Shown in pieces: positions 6,793-14,483 of a stretch of DNA of 41,691 bases. Source of the stretch: a virus; the IMG/VR virus record IMGVR_UViG_3300025294_000002; one strand, 5' to 3'. The notes below the pieces were generated by a model. That model ran no database searches and was not told where the DNA came from. It was given only the letters and a program-made list of their open reading frames with translations. How positions within the stretch are numbered: position 1 is the stretch's first letter; each line of letters opens with the position of its first letter. Both the position numbers and the translations under genes were made by a program.

Positions 6793-7595
6793 GACGGCGT
6801 GCCTTTCAACAGCGCAGTGATCGCGCGCATCGTCTTGGACGGCTGCTCGTCGCCTGCGCTGCTCCGGCGGCGGGCGCGCTTCTCGTTGCGAATCCAGTTC
6901 CGGAACGTCGCGCCCCACTTCACCTTGCGACCGCGCGCGCCCGGGATGGCCTCCCAGTAATCGCGGAACGCGTCGAGATGCTCCCGCCATTCCGAGCCGA
7001 GCTGCAGCTCGGCGAACGCGGCGTCCTTCGCTTCCGGCTCCCAGCCCGACGGCAGGCGGGTGCCCTTCTGCGTCTCGACCAGCTCCACGTTCGGCCCGTC
7101 TGTCGGCAGCGCGCGCGAGCGCGATGCACCAGACTGACGGTTCAATGACGGTTCTTCTGACGGTTCCTTACGGTTAGTGTTCGCCTCCCGAACAGGTGAA
7201 GTTCGCGAGGCGGACAGGTGGTCGTTCGCCTGCCGAACAGGGGCTGTTCGCGTGGCGACCTGTTCGCGTGGCGAACTAGTTCGCGAGGCGAACGGGTGAG
7301 TACCAGGGTGTGTCTTAGGGGTTCCACGGGCATCCACGACCCCTGCCTCGGGGGTAATCCAGTACGCGTTGTGCATCCCCGGCGCGGCGACCCGAGCGAT
7401 CAGCCCGGTCGTCTCCAGCCAGTTGAGCGACGCGCAGACCGCCGTCTTTCCGAGGCAGGTCCGCCGGCAGATCGTCGCGATGGACGGCCAGCAGTGCCCG
7501 TGGTCGTTGGCGTTGTCCGCGAGCGAGATCAGCACCGACTTCGCCGAAGGCGACATCACCAGGGGCCAGCACTTCGACATGATCACGGTCGACAT
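6789..7595 (-). CDS. Replication initiator-like protein (N-terminal winged HTH, iteron-bearing linker, DUF1376/YdaU-like C-terminus)
   Basis: LISLADNANDHGHCWPSIATICRRTCLGKTAVCASLNWLETTGLI, and C-terminal HLDAFRDYWEAIPGARGRKVKWGATFRNWIRNEKR. Iterons lie inside the gene, as in lambda O. Confidence 0.8.
   Translation of the reverse strand: MSTVIMSKCWPLVMSPSAKSVLISLADNANDHGHCWPSIATICRRTCLGKTAVCASLNWLETTGLIARVAAPGMHNAYWITPEAGVVDARGTPKTHPGTHPFASRTSSPREQVATRTAPVRQANDHLSASRTSPVREANTNRKEPSEEPSLNRQSGASRSRALPTDGPNVELVETQKGTRLPSGWEPEAKDAAFAELQLGSEWREHLDAFRDYWEAIPGARGRKVKWGATFRNWIRNEKRARRRSSAGDEQPSKTMRAITALLKGTPS
7135..7293. repeat. Candidate replication origin: two iteron sets
   Basis: Six 15-bp near-palindromes GTTCGC-N3-GCGAAC-like start at 7179, 7201, 7224, 7246, 7262 and 7279. 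Four (TG)ACGGTT copies at about 12-bp spacing lie at 7135-7176. Confidence 0.75.
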
Positions 7596-7599
7596 GGCG

Positions 7600-7905
7600 C
7601 TACTCCGCGCGCGCGAGCCGATACCGGTACGCGTTCCGACCGACGTGACGGTTGCTGCGCGAGATCAGTCCGCGCAAGGTGAATTCCTTGAGCATCCGGC
7701 GGACCGTGCGCTCGTGCAGTCCCGTCGACTGCGACAGATCCTCCACCGAGATCGAACAGGAACCCTTCTCGTCGACGTGGTCGGCCAGCGCGAGCAGCAG
7801 CAGCTTCTCGCTCGCCGGCAGCGGCAGCGACCAGACCTCGTCACGCCAGACGTCGCGCGGACGGGACGGTTCGCCCGGGATGCGGTATTCGGATTCGGCG
7901 CTCAT
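7600..7905 (-). CDS. Winged-HTH protein, paralogous to the N-terminus of the initiator (101 aa)
   Basis: LLLLALADHVDEKGSCSISVEDLSQSTGLHERTVRRMLKEFTLRGLI. Confidence 0.75.
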   Translation of the reverse strand: MSAESEYRIPGEPSRPRDVWRDEVWSLPLPASEKLLLLALADHVDEKGSCSISVEDLSQSTGLHERTVRRMLKEFTLRGLISRSNRHVGRNAYRYRLARAE

Positions 7906-8165
7906 GAAGCCATCCTCGGCAGCTCGCGCTCCGACAGCAGACGCGCGAGAGAGATCCGCCAGTGGCGCGCGGCGACCTTGCTGACCGGCCAGCGCGCGAG
8001 GATCTCGTTGGTGGTGGGCATGTGGTCGAGCGTCATCGCCCAGACCGTGAACTCGCCCACCGGCTCGTCGCGGAACGCGACCGCGACCTCGGCCGGCGAC
8101 GGCTTGCCCCGGAGCGTCATCGCCCAGAGCGCCAAGCGCATGGATTGCGGCGCGGCGTCGTTCAT
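7902..8165 (-). CDS. Hypothetical protein (87 aa)
   Basis: Internal ATG of ORF 7902-8441 (MNDAAPQSMRLALW...). ATGA overlap at 8162-8165. Confidence 0.6.
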   Translation of the reverse strand: MNDAAPQSMRLALWAMTLRGKPSPAEVAVAFRDEPVGEFTVWAMTLDHMPTTNEILARWPVSKVAARHWRISLARLLSERELPRMAS

Positions 8166-8566
8166 GACGGCTTCCCCGCGCGCTTCTTCTTCGTGGTCGG
8201 TCGACGCAGGACCAGCGAGCGCTGCTTCACCGACACGCTCGCGTACGTCGACTTCGGCGACAGGTTGCTCGATGAGGCGAGCGCCCAGCCGGCGTGCTTC
8301 ACGACCTGATGCCGCAGCGCGCGGACCACGACACCGCCATACGCGCGGCCGTCCGGGGGCGGAGTCAGCCCATCGCGCTCGGCGTCCAGGCGGAACTCCT
8401 CGATGGTGAAGGGGCGGCGTCGACGCGCGGCGTAGACGCACAGGGCGGCGAACGCTTCGTCGGCCCAGCCTTCGTGCTTGCGTTCGGCACCGAGCGTCGA
8501 GCGCACGATGCCGACCTCGCGGCGACTACGCGCCTCCGCGTACGTGTTCGAGCTGGCAGGGGACAT
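8162..8566 (-). CDS. Hypothetical protein (134 aa)
   Basis: ORF track entry. Second gene of the early operon. Confidence 0.7.
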   Translation of the reverse strand: MSPASSNTYAEARSRREVGIVRSTLGAERKHEGWADEAFAALCVYAARRRRPFTIEEFRLDAERDGLTPPPDGRAYGGVVVRALRHQVVKHAGWALASSSNLSPKSTYASVSVKQRSLVLRRPTTKKKRAGKPS

Positions 8567-8572
8567 GGCGCA

Positions 8573-8800
8573 TCAGCCCCCCTGCTGGAGCTGGCGCTGC
8601 CGCTTGGCGTACGCCTGCAGTTCGTCGTCGGCGATGCGGACAGCACCAGGCCCGACGTTGCTCGTGCGGATCTCGCCGGCATCGATCAGCCGGTAGAGCT
8701 GCGAGCGGGAGATGGACAGTTGATCGGCGGCTTCCCGGACGCGCCAGAACAGCGGGCGGATGGCAGCGGCGGGAGCGGCGGCAGACGGCGAAGTGTTCAC
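8573..8800 (-). CDS. Excisionase/AlpA-type HTH protein (75 aa)
   Basis: LFWRVREAADQLSISRSQLYRLIDAGEIRTSNVGPGAVRIADDEL. GTG start. First gene after the integrase terminator. Confidence 0.75.
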   Translation of the reverse strand: MNTSPSAAAPAAAIRPLFWRVREAADQLSISRSQLYRLIDAGEIRTSNVGPGAVRIADDELQAYAKRQRQLQQGG

Positions 8801-9059
8801 GCGAACCTCATTCCGTGCGGCGGTGGAACGCAGCGCTGGCGGGGGAAGCGAGCGCTACGGTGTGGGGCGCTCGTTCTCCTCCTGCGTGAGAACCGCGTCA
8901 ACATCGACCGTCTACTCCCCGACGGGCGGTAGGAAAACGGGGTTGACGGCGTCCCATGTCGTCCATTACGGGCCGCACGCCCGGATAGCGCCTCAGCACG
9001 AACGCCGTGAAAGCGTCTTCACGCGCGAATCACATGGAGCCTCATGCGTGCGGATGGAC

Positions 9060-9090
9060 AAAAAAAAGCTGCCCCGGAAACCGGGGCAGC
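9060..9090 (-). terminator. Rho-independent terminator after integrase
   Basis: Minus strand GCTGCCCCGG-ttt-CCGGGGCAGC followed by T8. Confidence 0.8.
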
Positions 9091-9117
9091 TCGTCGCGTC
9101 CGCGTCGGCTGGTAGCG

Positions 9118-10275
9118 CTACCGGACCATCTGCAGTCCGGCGATCAGGGTGGCGGCGTGCGACGGGATGAAGCGCCAGTAGTTCTTCTGGATCATCGCGA
9201 TCGAGGTGCCGGCCAGATCCGCGACCACCGCGACCGGCACGGCCGCGCGCAGCAGGTCGGTGATGTACGAATGGCGGAGCGTGTAGAGCGACGCGTTCGC
9301 CGGCAGCTTCGCCTCGGCGCATGCGGCCTTGAGGCGACGGTGGTACGCGGACGTCTTCCACGCCTCGCCGCCATCGGTCAGCAGCGACGCGGCCGGGAGC
9401 TTGTTCTTCACCAGCTTGCCGAACAGCGCGCGCGCCTCGTCCGACAGCGGGATCGAACGGCCACCGGTCTTGCCGTCCGGGATCACGAGCGTGCCGGTCT
9501 TGGCGTGGTAGTTGATCACGGTCAGCCCCTGCGCCTCGCCGAACCGCATGCCGGTCATCGCGATGGCAGCGACCAGATCCTTCATCTCCTCGTCCGGGCA
9601 CTTCGCGATCAGGCGGGCGCGCTGCTTCGAGTCGAGGTACAGGTCGCGCACACCACCTTGGCCGGACTTCTTCAAACCCTTGTTCCACTCGATCTGCAGG
9701 TCCGGAGAGACCATGCGCTGGTCGACCGCGAAGTTGAGCGACGCGATGACCGCGCACAGGATTCGGTCGACTGTGGCCGGCGCGAGCTTCTTCCCCTTCT
9801 TGCCCTTGAGCGCGAGCCGCCATTCCTTGAGCGGCTTCTCCCGGATGCGATCCAGCGGCAGCGACGCGAGCGTGGTCTCGAACAGGTACGCCTCCAGCCG
9901 CGAGCGCTGGTCCGCCTCGGTGTCGGTCCGACCCTCCAGCAGCAGATCCTTCAGGTACGCGTCGCAGGCATCGCGGACGGTGGTGCTGGCCGGAGCGGTG
10001 ACGCCCTGATCGAGCCGCCCCGCCCAGACCCGGGCTGCCTTGCACGCGGCGTCGTAGTCGTTCGCGGCGGTCACCGCGCCCAGCGACTCGTGGACGTACT
10101 TGCCCCCCGCCGGACGGTAGCGGGCGATCCATGTGCCACGACCGCCCACCTCCAGACACCGGAACCCGAGCGACACCGACCGCTCCTTCGACTTTTCCAG
10201 GGGCACCCAATACGGCTCGGGAGACGGGTCGAGCTTGGCGCGGACGGTGGCCTTCTCGATGGACTGGCGGGACAT
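9118..10275 (-). CDS. int: Tyrosine integrase (385 aa)
   Basis: SAM-like N-terminal domain plus catalytic region MTGMRFGEA...YTLRHSYITDLL...LAGTSIAMIQKNYWRF. Adjacent to the attP-like region. Confidence 0.95.
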   Translation of the reverse strand: MSRQSIEKATVRAKLDPSPEPYWVPLEKSKERSVSLGFRCLEVGGRGTWIARYRPAGGKYVHESLGAVTAANDYDAACKAARVWAGRLDQGVTAPASTTVRDACDAYLKDLLLEGRTDTEADQRSRLEAYLFETTLASLPLDRIREKPLKEWRLALKGKKGKKLAPATVDRILCAVIASLNFAVDQRMVSPDLQIEWNKGLKKSGQGGVRDLYLDSKQRARLIAKCPDEEMKDLVAAIAMTGMRFGEAQGLTVINYHAKTGTLVIPDGKTGGRSIPLSDEARALFGKLVKNKLPAASLLTDGGEAWKTSAYHRRLKAACAEAKLPANASLYTLRHSYITDLLRAAVPVAVVADLAGTSIAMIQKNYWRFIPSHAATLIAGLQMVR

Positions 10276-10475
10276 GGGAACCTCCGGGTGGGAAGCCGCT
10301 GCGGAGCGTAGCGCGAAACGTTACTCGTAACGCGTACGGAATCCGTACGGAAAAGCGCATGGAATCGGATGGAATCGGCTGGTACGCCATCCCTGTTAAA
10401 TCAGCGACTTAGGGATCGCATGGGACAGGATGGTACCTTGGTTTTCGCCGAAAACCGCGCTCTCAAGGCGGACAC

Positions 10476-10503
10476 ACGGGTTCGAATCCCGTTGGGAGTA
10501 CCA
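10476..10503 (+). other. tRNA-like 3' fragment (T-arm, 3' acceptor strand, ACCA); candidate att core
   Basis: ACGGG-TTCGAAT-CCCGT then TGGGAGT-A-CCA. No matching 5' acceptor strand within 100 nt upstream, so this is not a complete tRNA gene. Confidence 0.6.
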
Positions 10504-10581
10504 CCTTCAAAGCCAAGCGCAGCAAGGGTTTCAGCGATTGGCGTAGCACGTAACGAAAAATGCCGTACGGAACGCGTACGG

Positions 10582-10612
10582 AAAAACATTCGGGCCTGCA
10601 TGCGCAGGCCCG
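10582..10612 (-). terminator. Probable terminator closing the accessory-gene operon
   Basis: CGGGCCTGC-gcat-GCAGGCCCG followed by aatgTTTTT on the minus strand, 40 nt after the stop at 10655. Confidence 0.55.
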
Positions 10613-10654
10613 ACTTGTTTCCAGAGGGGATTCCGTACGGAATTCCGCACGCGA

Positions 10655-10969
10655 TCAACGCGGCCGGGTGCAGGCGCGCAGCAGCGCACCGAGCGCAGCC
10701 TGACGGCGCTGGTAGTCGTCCGACAGGACGAACCGCTTGCCCAGCCCGAGGGGCGACCGAGCCCGGGCCGCGAGCCAGCGCTCAACGTGCAGCATGGCCT
10801 TCTCGATGGAGGTGTCGCGGCCCCTGACCTCCCGGCCCCGCCAGAAGATCGAGACCAGCACGATGCCGTCGACCGTCTTGATCGCCGCCGCGCATCCGTA
10901 GCGGAGCCGGAGAATCGCCCCACCTTCGTGCCGATCCCATTGGTACGCGCCACCGAGCATGACCCGCAT
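10655..10969 (-). CDS. Hypothetical protein (104 aa)
   Basis: ORF track entry. Last gene before attP. Confidence 0.65.
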   Translation of the reverse strand: MRVMLGGAYQWDRHEGGAILRLRYGCAAAIKTVDGIVLVSIFWRGREVRGRDTSIEKAMLHVERWLAARARSPLGLGKRFVLSDDYQRRQAALGALLRACTRPR

Positions 10970-10984
10970 GGTGCCGCATGGGAC

Positions 10985-11257
10985 TCAGCCCGGGAACCAT
11001 CCGCCCCGCAGCTCGTGGGCGAGCTTCGCCAGCCGGCGGTCGCGCCACTCCCTCGCCCACCGAGGGGCGAAGTACGCGATGCCGAACGAGACCCCGGCGT
11101 TGATCAGCAGCGGCACGTGGCGGTCGTTCGCCAGCGCCCAGACCACGAACCCGCACCAGCCGAGCGACGGCCCGATACCGCGCACGAGCCACCCCACGAA
11201 CACGCGCCGCACCCGGCACCAGGGGCACTGGCAGAGCAGCAGGTCGAGCGCCTTCAC
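10985..11257 (-). CDS. Small membrane protein, about 2 TM plus basic C-terminus (90 aa, GTG start)
   Basis: GTGA overlap with the stop at 11254. Sequence VFVGWLVRGIGPSLGWCGFVVWAL...LLINAGVSFGIAYFA...RDRRLAKLAHELR. Confidence 0.55.
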   Translation of the reverse strand: MKALDLLLCQCPWCRVRRVFVGWLVRGIGPSLGWCGFVVWALANDRHVPLLINAGVSFGIAYFAPRWAREWRDRRLAKLAHELRGGWFPG

Positions 11258-11478
11258 AGGGGCAGCGCGCGCGACGCGTGCCACGCGAGATGGGTGGCCA
11301 GCAGCGCGGCGGTGATCCAGAACACGGCGAGGTTCAATGCGATCCAGCGCATGGGCGGGTCCGCGAGACGCGCAACGCGCAACGCCTGCCATGCCCCACC
11401 GAGGCAGACCAGGATCAGGATCGACTGCACGGCGAGCGACACCACCGGCAGCCAGCGAGCGATCTCGTTAAGCGTCAT
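11254..11478 (-). CDS. Small membrane protein, about 2 TM (74 aa)
   Basis: Internal ATG of ORF 11254-11580: MTLNEIARWLPVVSLAVQSILILVCLGGAW...WIALNLAVFWITAALLATHLAW. Confidence 0.6.
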   Translation of the reverse strand: MTLNEIARWLPVVSLAVQSILILVCLGGAWQALRVARLADPPMRWIALNLAVFWITAALLATHLAWHASRALPL

Positions 11479-11482
11479 GGGA

Positions 11483-11713
11483 TCAATGCTCCGGCGGAAC
11501 CACGCAGGTGAGCGTTCGGTCGTGCAGCTCGATGGCGTCGAGCGCGGCGCGCACGCGCGCGAGGCCCATCGGAGGCTCATCGGTGGCGACGAACATCGGC
11601 GACTGCGCTTCCGGCACGTAGACGATCAAGGCGAACTCCACGCCCGCACGCGCCATCTGCGAGACGGCAGCGGCGACGGTCTCGCCGCGACGCTTGCGCG
11701 CATCGTCGGTCAT
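11483..11713 (-). CDS. Hypothetical protein (76 aa)
   Basis: ORF track entry. 4-nt overlap at 11710-11713. Confidence 0.65.
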   Translation of the reverse strand: MTDDARKRRGETVAAAVSQMARAGVEFALIVYVPEAQSPMFVATDEPPMGLARVRAALDAIELHDRTLTCVVPPEH

Positions 11714-12048
11714 GGCACGAACGTCCGGCCGTGCGCGGTGGCGAGCAGCGCGGGGAAGTACGGCGTCTCGGTCTGCTGCGCGAGCCGCCAGCGGAGCCAG
11801 CGCTCTGCCTCCTCGATCGCGGCACCGAGCGACATGAAGTAGCGCGGGAACGAATCCTGCCCGTCCAGGTGCATGCGACCGGCCTGCATAACACCGAACT
11901 GCCAGTGGCCACGGTCGCAGTAGAGCGGACGCGGCGAGATCCAGACCCAGATCTCGTGCCCGTCGTACCGGAACCGCAGGTCGAGCGTGCTGTGGCGCTC
12001 GTCGTACCGCCAGACCGGTGGCGTCGGGAGATTGCTGGAATCTTTCAT
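11710..12048 (-). CDS. Hypothetical protein (112 aa)
   Basis: ORF track entry. Trp/Arg-rich globular composition. Confidence 0.75.
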   Translation of the reverse strand: MKDSSNLPTPPVWRYDERHSTLDLRFRYDGHEIWVWISPRPLYCDRGHWQFGVMQAGRMHLDGQDSFPRYFMSLGAAIEEAERWLRWRLAQQTETPYFPALLATAHGRTFVP

Positions 12049-12221
12049 GAAAGGCTCCTCGCGACCAGGATCGCGGACAGACCGAGGAACACCAGCGCGA
12101 AGCCGAGCGCGAACCGGTCCGGCTTGCCAGCGGTGCGTGACCGGCCGTAGCGACCGAGGTTCTGCGCGACCAGCGAGCCGAGACCGAACATGAGGATGAG
12201 ATCGGCGGCGTGCGGCGTCAT
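12045..12221 (-). CDS. Small membrane protein, 2 TM (58 aa)
   Basis: Internal ATG of ORF 12045-12611: MTPHAADLILMFGLGSLVAQNLGRYGRSRTAGKPDRFALGFALVFLGLSAILVARSLS. ATGA overlap. Confidence 0.55.
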   Translation of the reverse strand: MTPHAADLILMFGLGSLVAQNLGRYGRSRTAGKPDRFALGFALVFLGLSAILVARSLS

Positions 12222-12502
12222 CGCGGCTCCTCCATCTGAATCCGTGCCGCGCCCGGGTCGTTGCCTTCGAACATGTGTCCGGCCATCAGCCCGTACGCCG
12301 CTTGCGGCTGCGGGATGTTCGTCACCATCATGGTCTCGACGTCGCGCGAGCCCGGTGTCATGTCGATCACGGCGGCGAAGTACACGCGCGTGCCCAAATG
12401 CTCCAGCGCGAGCGCGGCGATGGACGCCTCCACCGCCTTGCCGAACGCGATGCGCTGCTGCGTGATCCGCTTCTCCGGATCGTGGAAGTAGGTCGTGTGC
12501 AT
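12218..12502 (-). CDS. Hypothetical protein (94 aa)
   Basis: ORF track entry. Confidence 0.7.
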   Translation of the reverse strand: MHTTYFHDPEKRITQQRIAFGKAVEASIAALALEHLGTRVYFAAVIDMTPGSRDVETMMVTNIPQPQAAYGLMAGHMFEGNDPGAARIQMEEPR

Positions 12503-12975
12503 CAGGCGAGCCCCACCGATGCCTTGAGCAGCGCGCTAGAGATCTCGCGCAGGCGGTCGGCAAAGAACCGGCGGTCGCGCCCGAGCCCCTCCAACCATTC
12601 GTCGCCGCCATGCTCCAGACCGCTCGCCATGCCCGAGGCGATGCCGGCGAGCAGCGTCAGGTCCGTGCCGATGGCGTCGATCACGTCGACCATCTCGCTC
12701 AGGCGACCGTGCATCGTGCCGCCGACCTCCGTGCCCGGGTCCGCACCGAACGGAACGCGGCACGCCTCCAGATCGTGTGCGAGCCCCTCCAGCGCAGCGC
12801 GCGACAGGACGTCCTCCGCCGGCACGGCCGTGATCGCGTGACGCACCGTGTGCGCGCAGAACAGCGCGTGGTCGCCGCGCATGAAAACGCCAGGCCAGTC
12901 GTCGCCGAACTGCACCGGCCCCGACTCCATGCGCGACATGCCTTCCGGCAGCGGCAGCTCCGTCACGCCGATCAT
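12502..12975 (-). CDS. Hypothetical protein, module order Y-X (157 aa); paralog of 13866-14405
   Basis: N-terminal RMESGPVQFGDDWPGVFMRGDHA...LEGLAHDLEACRVP; C-terminal LLAGIASGMASGL...GRDRRFFADRLREISSALLKA. Confidence 0.75.
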   Translation of the reverse strand: MIGVTELPLPEGMSRMESGPVQFGDDWPGVFMRGDHALFCAHTVRHAITAVPAEDVLSRAALEGLAHDLEACRVPFGADPGTEVGGTMHGRLSEMVDVIDAIGTDLTLLAGIASGMASGLEHGGDEWLEGLGRDRRFFADRLREISSALLKASVGLA

Positions 12976-13205
12976 GCGCGCGCCCTCTTCTTCGTCGCCT
13001 TCTTCGCGGGTGGTGCCATCGGCGGCATCTGCAACAGGCGGGTCACGAACCAGACCGCCATCACCTGCTCGGCCGTCACGTTGGTGCAGCCGTTCGCCAC
13101 CGCCTGCGCGAACCCGACGACGTCCCGCGTCAGCCGCACCGGTATGTCGACACCAGCCTGCGAGAGAACCACCGCGACATCACCCTGCTTCTTCCCCTTC
13201 GCCAT
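12972..13205 (-). CDS. Hypothetical protein with basic tail (77 aa)
   Basis: ORF track entry. C-terminus PPAKKATKKRARA. Confidence 0.65.
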   Translation of the reverse strand: MAKGKKQGDVAVVLSQAGVDIPVRLTRDVVGFAQAVANGCTNVTAEQVMAVWFVTRLLQMPPMAPPAKKATKKRARA

Positions 13206-13573
13206 TACCGTTCCTCCTCCTTCAAGCGATCACGCGCGACCAGGAGCTGGTGGTACGAAGCCCCCGTGTGAATTTCGACCATGTGCCCGCAGTGCTTGCA
13301 CTTCGCCCGCTTGCGGTCCGCGAGCAGCGCCGACTCGGCGCGCAGCATCATCCAGCGGTCGTGCAGGCGCTCGTCCTCGCGGGCGAGCATGCCCAGCACC
13401 CAGAGCGGGTTGAGTTGTGCCTTACAGTCGCAGCACGTGACCAGCGCCAGGCGCTCGTCGACCTCCACGTGCGCGTGCTTGCACTCGTCTCGGCCGAACG
13501 TCGGCCGGACCACGGACAGCGGCGCGGTCTGGATTGGCCGGCGTCGCTGCGGGAAGTTCTTCACCTTGCTCAT
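13205..13573 (-). CDS. Cys-rich, zinc-finger-like protein (122 aa)
   Basis: Internal ATG (MSKVKNF...). ECKHAH...VTCCDCKAQ...KCKHCGH. ATGA overlap at 13570-13573. Confidence 0.7.
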   Translation of the reverse strand: MSKVKNFPQRRRPIQTAPLSVVRPTFGRDECKHAHVEVDERLALVTCCDCKAQLNPLWVLGMLAREDERLHDRWMMLRAESALLADRKRAKCKHCGHMVEIHTGASYHQLLVARDRLKEEER

Positions 13574-13845
13574 TCGGCGTCCGCCTCGCACGCCTCGACG
13601 ACGATCTGCCGTGCGATGGCGTGCCAGCGCGCGAGCCGGTTGAGGAAATCGGGATCAAGGTCGACATGCCGCCAGAACGCGGCAGCGACGGCGGCGTCGC
13701 TCGGTCGACCATCGGTGCGCGGCGGTGGGCGGGACGGAACGCCAAACGGTCCCCAGCCGCACGAACAGGCTTGCATGTCGTACCCGGACTTCGTGAGGAC
13801 GCATCCGCACTCCGGGCATTCGTCGAGTTTTTCGAGGTGACTCAC
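13570..13845 (-). CDS. Cys-rich small protein (91 aa)
   Basis: ECPECGCVLTKSGYDMQACSCGWG. Confidence 0.7.
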   Translation of the reverse strand: MSHLEKLDECPECGCVLTKSGYDMQACSCGWGPFGVPSRPPPRTDGRPSDAAVAAAFWRHVDLDPDFLNRLARWHAIARQIVVEACEADAE

Positions 13846-13865
13846 AGCACCTCCAGCGGGTTTTG

Positions 13866-14405
13866 TTAGGCGCGATCTCCGTCCGTTTCGCCTTGGCTAT
13901 CCGGCGGGACCACGCACGATTGCAGCGTGTGTTGCAGATGCTCCAGCAGGTCCAGTGTGGTGGCGCGCTTATCCGCACGCGCCGCATCGACCAGCTCCGT
14001 CAACAAAATCGCGTAGACCCAGGCGTCATCACCTCGAATGAAAACCCCCGGCCAGTCTGCCCCGAGCTTCACCGCACCCGTTTCCAAGCGCGCCGTTATC
14101 TCCGGGTGGTACTGGATGAAAACCGATCTGATCTCGTCCGATATTCCTGCGTCCGCCAGCGAGTGAGAGAGGTACGCGCGCTTGGTATTTGCAGCGGCCT
14201 CGCCCTGCCTCACGCGATGTGCGTCCGACCCATAATCCGTGGTTAACCCGCTCGGTTTTCGCGCCTTCAACAGCACGCTGGAAATCTGCTCCAGCGACGC
14301 GACGTAGAACGGTGTCTCGGTAATCAAGTGAGCGATGAAGCGCGAGCGATCTCGCTTCAATTGCTCGGCCATGCCACGTGCCACACCGGCCAGAAAAAGT
14401 CTCAT
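13866..14405 (-). CDS. Hypothetical protein, module order X-Y (179 aa); paralog of 12502-12975
   Basis: N-terminal FLAGVARGMAEQLKRDRSRFIAHL...LEQISSVLLKA; C-terminal RLETGAVKLGADWPGVFIRGDDA...LLEHLQHTLQSCVVP. Lies in a lower-GC patch. Confidence 0.75.
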   Translation of the reverse strand: MRLFLAGVARGMAEQLKRDRSRFIAHLITETPFYVASLEQISSVLLKARKPSGLTTDYGSDAHRVRQGEAAANTKRAYLSHSLADAGISDEIRSVFIQYHPEITARLETGAVKLGADWPGVFIRGDDAWVYAILLTELVDAARADKRATTLDLLEHLQHTLQSCVVPPDSQGETDGDRA

Positions 14406-14483
14406 GGCGACACCTCAAAACCCGATCCGCCCCACTGCTTTCGACTTTCCTGCGACACGTCCATTCCGATCCCCCTTGTCGGG

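Larger units (their letters stand above)
10331..10645. other. attP-like recombination region
   Basis: Five CGTACGGAA copies start at 10333, 10344, 10564, 10575 and 10634 on both sides of the tRNA-like core. Also a tandem ATGGAATCGG x2 (10359-10378) and an imperfect 14-bp inverted repeat at 10381-10436. Confidence 0.6.

Noticed and set aside
8993-10390. 465-aa minus-strand ORF overlapping the integrase in another frame
   Set aside because: The 9118-10275 frame carries the tyrosine-recombinase motifs. The 465-aa translation is R/G/P-rich with no motifs.
10381-10503. Complete tRNA or tmRNA gene next to the integrase
   Set aside because: Only the T-arm, 3' acceptor strand and ACCA are present. 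No complementary 5' acceptor strand, D-arm or standard 7-nt anticodon loop could be folded on either strand. It is treated as an att-core fragment pending a tRNAscan-type check.
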